Assembly: GCA_964016885.1 (NCBI GenBank)
Contig: CAXHJY010001663.1
Location: 1 to 64,000, forward strand
DNA length: 64,000 bases
Reading direction: 5' to 3'
Source of the DNA: Eledone cirrhosa
Taxonomy: Eukaryota
Position 1 is the first letter of the stretch. The number at the start of each line of letters is the position of its first letter. The position numbers and the translations under genes were made by a program. Of the stretch, positions 54,846 to 64,000 are shown in pieces. Below the pieces are notes generated by a model. That model did not search any database, was not told the origin of the DNA, and was given only the letters and a program-made list of their open reading frames with translations.

Positions 54846-55240
54846 GGTGTATTGGCAGTATCGGTAGAGGGTCTGACGCCATGCTTTTGCAGCATAGTTA
54901 TGCTCCTATACATTCTAAGTTCAAACCCCACCGAAGTTACCTTTGCCTTTCATCCTTATGGGGTCGATAAAATATAGTAGCAATAATTGTTTCTACTATT
55001 GGCCCAAGGCCAGAAATGACCCAGTACATTACTGGTACTTTATTTTATCGACCCTGTAAGGATGAAAGGCAAAGTTAACTTCGGCGGGATTTGAACTCAG
55101 AATGGCAAGGGCCATAACTCTATGCGTCAAAGCATGGCATCCGACCCTCTACCGATACTGCCAATCCACCGCCCAAAATATAGTAGCAATATTGCACTGG
55201 GATAATTGCTAGTCTTGTGCCAAAAGTAGAAACAATTATT
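54846..55240. mobile_element. Family-1 SINE (+) with a second copy (54986-55174, -) nested inside
   Basis: Inner 17-bp TSD AAAATATAGTAGCAATA; outer 17-bp TSD ATTATTAAACCTGTTTA. Confidence 0.9.
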
Positions 55241-56239
55241 AAACCTGTTTACTTGCAAAACCAACACACTCACTGTTTTGTCCTCTGCAATTATTAATGT
55301 TTTTCTTGTTGTAAACCCTTTGTGGTTAACAATGAAATCATTATCATCATTATTACTAGTAATAGTATTTTGTAAGCTGTATTTTTACAAACATTGGATC
55401 AAGTTTCTTCCCATGGAAATGAAATCAGTGAAGTGGAAATCTCAGTTTCTAGTCATTGTGTGTGGCTAACTATCAGCATTCTTTTATTCTTTTCAGTCGT
55501 TAGGTTGTGGTCATGCTGGGGCACTGCATTTACTTCTGTGATAAGACAGTATTTTTTTTTCCTCTGTGGAAAACTAATTAGGTTGGAACAAATCTTTATT
55601 TACCCACCCAACTAGACTCCACCTCTTTTCTCTGGTTCCATGCCTCTACTCAGCTTCTATCCCTCCACACCCCCTCTGCTCTGTTGCCCTCCTATTTTCT
55701 CCTGTGTTACAGTTTCAATTGATCTCTGAAAAAAATACTGATATGAATTATTGAATTTTTAATGAGACTTGAAAAAAAGTTTATTATATATTTAGCAAGT
55801 AATATATGTAAGTCTGTGTGTCTGCATAGGTATATGTGTATATGTATGTTTGTATGCATATATGTATGTGTGTATGTAAGTGAATATGTGTATGTGCATG
55901 TATGTGTATGCATTTGTAAATGTGTGTTAGATTTAATAAGTTGCCTGATTTCTGGCCATTGAATGTTATTAGCTGAATTTGGTCTGTTGTAAACCACGCA
56001 TGCACGTACATACACTGCATGTTGTAAAATGCAACTAACAGAATTGGCATTAGGAAGGGCATTTGGCTGTAAAACATCTCAAAACAACCCATTCCAATGT
56101 GAAAAAGTAGACATTGAATCACAACCTATAGATATACAAAATATGTTTGTTGAAATTTTAAATTTTCCTAGGAAAAATAGAAACTTACCTGTCTTGCTTT
56201 TTGTTGATTTTTTTTCTTGTCAAATCTGTCAATGCCATA

Positions 56240-59200
56240 TCAGCATCATCATCATCTTCGTTTAACGTCCATTTTCCACGCTAGCATGGGTTAGACGGGA
56301 GTTGTCCCACTTGAGGCAAGGCTGGTCGGGTGACCGTGTCTCGCTCATATAGGACTATCTGGCAGGTTTTCTACGGCTGGATGCCCTTCCTAACACCAAC
56401 CACATTTACAGTATGGAACTGGGAACTTTTTACCTTATTACCTACACGGCCACATTACAGCATGGACTGTGTTTTTTTTGTCATGACACCTACACGATCT
56501 CGATCTCATTTTCTCGTGTTGTTGGTGGGAGTGGGAGGTTGGGGTAGTGGATTGGGGTGTATATTTGGTTAAGAGGTGCCTACTGACTGTAGGTTAACTT
56601 TGTACATAGGAAAGGCGGGTCTTCTGTATTACTGCGTAGTGCCAAAGAACCATGTCCAGAGGCATTGTCTTAGAGAGATGTAAGTGTGTGAGGTCGGAAT
56701 TTATCAGATCATCCCAGGTTTTTCTGGGTCTACCTACTCTGTAACTACCATCAATTTTGATTGCCCTGCACTTTTTTATGCAGCTGTCGTCTTTCATGCG
56801 CATCACGTGACCATACCAACGTAGTCTTCTCTCAAGTAAACAGCATCTGATCCCTCTTATTCCTAATTTCTCACTTAGTTCATTTATGCTTTGCCATTCA
56901 CGTATATTACTATATCACATCCAACGGAGCATGCATGCTTCATTCCTTTCCAGTCTACGCAGGTCCTCTGCAGGTAATGCCCATGTCTCACTGCCATAGC
57001 ATTGCTGTTCGTATACAGGCATCATACAATCTGCCTTTCATTTTTAGAGAGAAACCTTTTGTGGCCAACAGAGGTATAAGCTCTCTGAACTTTTTCCATC
57101 CCGTTCTGACCCTGGCTACTGTACTTTCAGAACACCCACCACCCTGCTGATTTCATCACCCAGGTAACGGAAAGTGTCTACTATTTCTATAGAACCATCT
57201 GGGCAATAGAAGGAGCTAGTATCCTGTGGACACTTGCTACTTATTGCACCTGAGCATTGGCCACATATAAAGTCTACGTTCTTAGATAGTTTACCTGTGA
57301 TCCCACTACATCTTTTATGTACCCATAGTTTGCATTTGGGACATAAAATGGAATTTCTGCCTACTCCTTTCCTACACACTGAGCATGGCCATTTCCCTGA
57401 GGGCACCTGTGCCCTATTTTCCTTTCTACAAACTAGAACTTTAGTCTTAGACAAGTTAAATTTAAGGCCTTTTGATTCTAGGCCATGCTTCCATGTTTGG
57501 AATTTCTTCTCTAGTTCAGCCATTGATTCAGCTATGAGCGTTAGATCATCTGCGTATAGGAGTTCCCATGGGCAGCCACTCTTGAACTCCTCTGTTATAG
57601 CCTGAAGGGCAATAATAAATAAGAGGGGGCTAAGGACAGAGCCTTGATGAATGCCAACTTTTACACTAAATTCTTCACAGTATTCATTGTTAATTCTAAC
57701 CTTACTGACTGTTTCATTATACATAGCTTGTATAGCTCTCACAAGCCATTCATCTACACCTAGTTTTCTAAGAGCCCACCAGATAATGGAGCGGGGCACT
57801 CTGTCAAAAGCTTTCTCCAGGTCTACAAAAGCTTAGTGCTAGGTACTTCTCTTGTAGTTGTCGTACAAGGAAAAGAGCGTCTGTGGTACTTTTACCTGAC
57901 ACAAACCCAAACTGCATTTCATCTAGATCAATTCGCTCTCTGATTAGTTGCGCTATAACTCTTTCTGTGACCTTCATGACCTGATCAACTAATTTAATGC
58001 CTCTATAGTTTCCCCTATCTAGAGCATCCCCTTTACCCTTGTAGCAGTTAATGATGATGCTGCTACGCCAGTCTTTCGGTATGACCCCATTCTGTATTAC
58101 TTGGTTAACTATACGGGTGACCATAGTGTGTCCCACCATACCAGATGCCTTAAACATCTCAGCAACTATCTCCGAAGGCCCAGCTGCCTTGCCTGTCTTC
58201 ATATCTTTGATTGCCGTACTTATTATACTACCTTTAACTTGCGCCGCTGGTCCTTCTATTGGATCGATTTGGGGCAGACTATCTTTTTCCCATTTATTCT
58301 CCTCATTTAATAGTCTCTCGTAGTGACACTTCCAGGCTATCTACTTATCAGTATCAGTGATCGCAAGTACACCATTATCATTACGGACACACTTCTCCCC
58401 GACAATATCACGGTTTTCCTTGACACATTGTCTAACAATCCTGAACACCTCACATTTTTGGTCCTCACGTTGTAGAACATGCTTGAACTTTCTATCCTCT
58501 GCTACCCTTTTTGCAAGGTACACTTGTCTCCTAGCTTCTCTCCTGGTCACTTAGTGCTCTCTACTTGCCCCATCCTGCCATACTTTCCAAGCCTGCTTTT
58601 TGGCCTTGATTATCTCTTCCACTTTACTGTTCCACCACCAAGTTACTCTCCTCCTGCCAATAGGTCTGCTCCAGCCACAGATTTCATCCGTTGCTTTCAG
58701 CAGGTTCACTTTCAAGAATTGCCACTGTTGCTCTATATTGCACGTCTCTAATTGCTCTTCCTTATTGTCAAAGGCATCAAGTAATAAGCTTTTAAATTTG
58801 TCACTGGCTATGGGGTCCTTCAACTTCTATATTCTTCTCCTCAAGGCAGGCCTCCTCTGTCGTCGAGTATGTCTATTCCTGACTATGAGGTCACTAACTA
58901 CTAGGCTATGTTGGGAGGTGCATTCTTCACGGGGGAGGGATTTAGTGTTTACAACAGACATTTTGTCCCGTCTTCTAGTAAGGATATATTCTATCTGGCT
59001 GGCGTGTTCCCCTGATCTATAGGTGATAGAGTGGTTTTCACGTTTTTTTAAGTTTGTGTTACAGATAGTTAGGCTATTTGCGTCACAGAATTCCAGGATT
59101 CTGAAGCCCTCCTCATTTCTATTTCTAACCCCATAGCGGCCATGGATTCCATCATAGCCATCACTATGTTGTCCAACGTGACCGTTTAGATCGCCAGAAA

Positions 59201-59492
59201 TAATTAAGTAGTCACTGTCGGTTATTTGGGAGGTAGTGTGCATTAGCATCTCATAGAACCTGTCCTTTATAACATCAGGTAGACCAGATTGGGGTGCATA
59301 AGCAAATATTATTGTCACAGTAGTTCTATTTAGTACTAGTCTTAATTCAATTATTCTGTCATTCACTCTATTTACGTCAATTACCTTATCTACCCATTTT
59401 TTAGCTAACATAATTCCTACACCACCCTGTCCCTTGTCATTTCCCATCCAGAAAAGTTTATAGCATCATTTTTTACCCACGATGAATCTGGC
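56240..59492 (-). mobile_element. RTE LINE related to copy A, longer 5' end, multiple stops
   Basis: Fragmented ORFs from KLFWMGNDKGQGGVGI through the RT and PHD finger to the 3' UTR and tail. Confidence 0.93.
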
Positions 59493-59759
59493 AGACAATA
59501 AAATCATAAGTTGAAATTATTGTCTTTGAATTACTACAGCTACAATACAGTAGTTATACCTGTTATAAACAAAACTTTTCCTGAGACCCAGATCAAGGCC
59601 AACTACATGATCTTGACTGAGCTTGTCTGTGCAAGACATGTTAGAAATTGCTGCTCAATCTGGAATTTGGAGACAAAAACTTACCCTAGAGGTGTTTAAA
59701 ATTTAAAAATGACAAACAAGGGAGATAACTTAAATAATTGTTTCTACTTTTGGCACAAC

Positions 59760-59952
59760 TTAAATAATTGTTTCTACTTTAGGCACAAGGTCAGCAATTA
59801 CCCAGTGCATTACTAGTACTTTATTTTATCGACCCCGTAAGGATGAAAGGCAAAGTCAACCTTGGCGGGATTTGAACTCGGATCGTAAAGGGACGTAACT
59901 ATGCTGGAAAGCATGGCATCAGACCCTCTACCGATACTGCCAATCCACCGCC
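59760..59952 (-). mobile_element. tRNA-derived SINE (family 1), full length
   Basis: GGCGGTGGATTGGCAG head; TSD AACTTAAATAAT. Confidence 0.88.
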
Positions 59953-60564
59953 AACTTAAATAATGTCACAACTTAAATAATGTCATCTAATCCAAATGTT
60001 TGGAAAATAAAGACAATGTAGTTAGGAGTGGATTTTGTCTTTAAAGTCAACTGGTGAAAGCAATGGACATCTTCCTATCTTGTTAGATCTCCTCAGCAAA
60101 GCATATTCAACTCAATTGAAAAAAACTTTGAGGAGATAAATATATATATATATATATAGAATTAGAGGAAACATTGAGATGTTGATTATGCACATTGGCA
60201 ATCGTTCCAAGGGAAAATACCTCTGAGGTGCTTTCTTCATGCTAAATACGCATATTGTATTATTTGTTATATTTCATTATTTAGTTATTTTTTTATGTGT
60301 TTGAATTTAATTTAAATTATGTTTTATTAGAAAACTACTGCAATGCAAATTGGACATTAATTGTTAAAAATTTAATAAAAACTAAGATATGCCAGCTTAA
60401 GAGCATCACCAGATATCCTGCTCTGAATTAGTTCCTTCAATTATTCTTTTGATAAAGGTATTTTATTTTGAAATATAAGGACCAATAAGCAAATGCTAGG
60501 TTACACCCAACATATTTGCTATCATATCTTTTACCAATGGATGTCCAATTCACATTGTAGTTAA

Positions 60565-60766
60565 CCCTTTAGCATTTACATTATTCTACTATTGTATTTT
60601 AGCAGTAAAGGCTTTATCTCACATTATATCAAATCTACGAGATTTTGATATTATTTATTTTGGGAACAATACCTTAACATTGGTATAAGCGGCCAGTTAT
60701 GACCAGTTTGAACAGAAAGAGGCGTGAGAATTCTGGCCAGATATGGCTAGTTTAAATGCTAAATGG
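60565..60766. mobile_element. piggyBac-type MITE ~90 bp upstream of the Keap1 splice acceptor
   Basis: TTAA TSD; same family as 50599-50800. Confidence 0.8.
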
Positions 60767-60857
60767 TTAAACTCTATTTTCTATACTTTACACTTTGCTT
60801 CAATCAAATTACAAACCCTCTTATTCAAATTTCATGTTTTTTTCATTTCTAAATTAG

Positions 60858-61126
60858 ATCACTCTGATAGCCAGCTCCCCAAGGACAATAGTGTGGATCA
60901 CTTTGATGATGTCACCATGGCAGCGAATACCGCGATCAAAGGGCAGATTGGAATGTTCCAGTCATGCTATCGGCCAAAACCTGTTTCCAGTGAGAAGCCA
61001 TCAGATGGCAGCATGCACTTCAGCATCATCCGACATCCGAAAGAGTTGCTTGATGTTATGAATATATTATGGCACTCTAGGAAACTTTGTGATGTTACGT
61101 TTAAAGTTGGTGAAGAATCCTTCCAG
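60858..61126 (+). CDS. KEAP1: Keap1 exon (N-terminal region and start of BTB); candidate start ATG at 60917
   Basis: Pyrimidine tract + TAG acceptor; GTCACCATGG in good Kozak context; ...HPKELLDVMNILWHSRKLCDVTFKVGEESFQ; GT donor at 61127 joins in phase 0 to AHKIVL. The frame is open upstream of the ATG, so an earlier coding exon is possible. Confidence 0.85.
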
Positions 61127-61151
61127 GTTTGTTGTAGTTTTCTGCTATTTT

Positions 61152-61400
61152 TCATCATGATCATCATCATTGTCTCCATCACCATTATTATCATAATTAT
61201 TATTGTCATCATCATCATTATTATTGTCATCATCATCATCATCATCTTCACAACAATCATTATTGTCATCACCCTCATCATCACTATCACCACTCTTATC
61301 ATCACCACTCTTGACCTCATCTTCATATTCATAACCACCCATGTCGTTATCACTCATCATCAACATCATTGTCATCATTATTGTCATCATCATCATGATT
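61152..61400. repeat. Degenerate (CAT)n low-complexity tract, intronic
   Basis: ATC, ATT and ACC triplets. Confidence 0.85.
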
Positions 61401-62531
61401 GTATGCCTGTTTTAGGGAGAGTGGGGATTCAACAATAGCATGGGATGGAGAAGATGATTTGCTATTTTTAGAAAACTTTGTGGTAGTTTTTAAGAAATTG
61501 AACAGGCAAATTGGTGGTGTCAGATAGAATATCTTGTGATATTTGTTTTGGCACTCTGCACTGTGAGTTCAAATCCCACTCAAGTGAGCTTTGTCTTGCA
61601 TCTTTTTTTTGGGGGGAGGGGGTCAATAGAATATAGTACCAGCCCAAGGCAATGTGGAATTGTTAGAATGTTGGATGAGATGCCTTGTGGTATCTTTTCT
61701 GGCACTTTGTGTTTACATTCTACCTAAAGATTAAAATACCACTGATTGTCAAAGCTAATCACCCAATCACAGGATCACAATTGATTATGAAAGCTGAAAT
61801 AGGTGGTGTAGGATTGTGGCCATCTGCTAAATATTTAAGTACAGCACTAAATGTTCAATTCACTAATGTACTTATTTTAATGTGACATGAAAAAATATGT
61901 TGTTTGGTTAAGAGAATTTTCATCATTATCATCATTTAATGTCTAATTTCCCTGCTAGTAAGGGGTTGATGGATTGTCAACAGACCAGGTTGTTACTGAA
62001 GCTACAGTACTGATCCCATGGATGTGCTGGGCACTTGCATCTAGCTTACATACACAACTTACTGCTCACAACTTGCTTAAATATGATCCCATGCACAGAA
62101 TACATTTTATTGTGGTACCAGCATTAGGGAGGTTGTCATGTCTTTGAGACAGCTGAAAAGTCCTCACAACCCTTTGTTTTTAGTGTTTTTCCCATGGCTG
62201 GGCACCCTTCGTATCACCAACCATTTTATAGTGTACTGGATGCATTTATTTTCCTAATCACCAGAACTGTCATGTCTATTATGCAATTGTAAAGCCCTCC
62301 TAACCCATTTGTTTGGCAGCTTTTCCCTTCCTATCATCTACTACTTTACAGAGTGTACTGGGTGTGTTTGTGTAAATCACCAACACTACAGGTTATCATG
62401 TCTTTGACACAGCTGAGGAACACTCCCAGTCATTTCTTTGGCGGCAAGTTATTTATGTAAATATATATTTTTAATGGATACACTTTAAATATTTATTTAA
62501 AGATTTTTTTTTCTTTTCCATTTTCTTCTAG

Positions 62532-63571
62532 GCCCATAAAATAGTGCTAGCTGCAGCCAGTCCATATTTTCGTGCCATGTTTACTGGTGGAATGAAAGAG
62601 GAAGATATGACCGAGATTCCTTTGCACTGCATATCACCATGCATACTTGGTATTCTTATAAATTTTGCCTACACATCTGAAATTCAAATCAATGAAATGA
62701 ATGTTTGCCAGTTACTTCCAGCTGCTACCATGTTTCAAATCACACGCATTGTAGAAGCTTGCACTGTGTTCCTTGAGCAACAATTGGATCCTAGTAACTG
62801 CATTGGTATTGCAGACTTTGCCAGTGAACATGGCTGTATGGACCTGTACAGTAAAGCAGGAGAATATATCTACCAGAATTTCTGTAAAGTAAGCAAATGT
62901 GAAGAGTTTTTGATGCTCTCTCCTTGTCGACTGGTTAGCCTTATCAAACATGATGAGCTAAACGTTGCCTGTGAATCTGAAGTGTTCAATGCGGTTATCC
63001 GTTGGGTGGAGCATGACTCAGATAAACGCCTTAGTAAGCTGGAGAGTTTACTTGGAGCTGTTCGGTGCCACTTTCTTTCACCAAAGTTCTTGGAGAAACA
63101 ACTTAAGATGTGCACATTACTGAAGAAAAATCCACAATGTCAGACTTATTTAACTCGCATTTTTGAAGAACTGAAACTCCACAAACAGATTCCTGAAGTT
63201 TGCCGCAAGCCTTGCAAACCGATGGTTATTTTTACTGCTGGGGGTTACCTCCGACAATCTCTTAGTAACTTTGAATTCTTTAACTTAGAGACATCTGAGT
63301 GGCGGCGATTACCTGACCTCCCTGTGCCACGTAGTGGGTTGAGTGCATGTGTTGTAAAGGGCATTCTCTATGTTGTTGGTGGACGGAACAACTCACCTGA
63401 TGGCAATATGGATTCTGCTTCCTTGGATATGTATGACCCTTACCGAAATATGTGGCGGCCTTGTGCACAGATGTCTGTACCAAGGAATCGAGTTGGTGTT
63501 GGAACAATTGATAATATGATTTATGCCATTGGAGGCTCACATGGATCACAACATCATGAAATTGCTGAAAG
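62532..63571 (+). CDS. KEAP1: Keap1 exon: BTB, BACK/IVR and Kelch repeats 1-3
   Basis: TTTTCTTCTAG acceptor and AG|GTAAC donor. Keap1-diagnostic [33 protein letters not shown] and GGSHG. The gene continues beyond the window. Confidence 0.95.
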
Positions 63572-63734
63572 GTAACTTTATATATTTCTTCATAATTGTT
63601 AATAATCTTAGAATCCTACATCAGATTTTTATCTAAGAAATTATTTATATTTTCTGATGGTGGAGAATATTTGAGCCAGAGTATTTGAAATTCTTTCTTG
63701 CTTGTTGGTGAAAGAGAGAGAGTGTAATATAATG

Positions 63735-64000
63735 TAATAATGAAAATATTGTGTACAGTGCTCAGGTGCACTACAACTCATCAAAAGTGTATGTATAGTA
63801 CATAGAGTAATGTACAAACGTCAGGAAAATGAACGGTGCATGAGTCATGATATACACATGTGCATGTGTATGGAAGGGGGACATCAGGTGTAGTTTTGGC
63901 GAATTTCGGGAAGCATGAGGGTTTTAAAGGATGCAGTGTCCCGGCAGCTAACAACTGATGCAAGCAGTTTGTTCCATGCTTCAGCAACTCTAAGCGTGAA
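63735..64000 (-). mobile_element. CR1-group LINE 3' end
   Basis: Minus strand encodes FTLRVAEAWNKLLASVVSCRDTASFKTLM, a typical CR1 ORF2 C-terminus, followed by a 3' UTR. Confidence 0.7.

Noticed and set aside
60743-61438. 231-aa ORF with a poly-Ile 'transmembrane' tail, and the antisense Asp-rich and Met-rich ORFs
   Set aside because: Only 60858-61126 is exon. The ORF start lies in a MITE and the tail is intronic (CAT)n.
62405-62413. ARE core TGACACAGC in the Keap1 intron
   Set aside because: It lies in a dispersed repeat with variants at ~30327 and ~62145, and lacks the flanking R and A.

Overview
Repeat-dense, AT-rich animal genomic DNA. The mix of RTE LINEs with (TGA)n tails, tRNA-derived SINEs and very long (TA)n arrays suggests a coleoid cephalopod such as Octopus; this is an inference, not a database match. 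The only host gene is at the right end: two coding exons of a Keap1 orthologue (BTB-BACK-Kelch, + strand, 60858-61126 and 62532-63571), so the preceding ~60 kb is upstream intron or intergenic DNA. That DNA holds a multi-kb interrupted (TA)n array split by a young RTE LINE, about ten further RTE copies, a Rep-deleted Helitron, two mariners, hAT, piggyBac-type and Tc1 MITEs, SINEs and a CR1-type 3' end. The main signal missed by the ORF track is a set of small non-coding elements, often anchored in (TA)n and often fold-back palindromes, that carry hammerhead ribozyme cores (CUGANGA...GAAA...UH). They come from at least six apparently unrelated families, probably derived from Penelope-like pseudo-LTRs, and some have long or branched stem II. 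Also notable are a PHD finger inserted inside the RTE reverse transcriptase and a near-full-length RTE with twin-priming inversion geometry. All identifications were made by eye.
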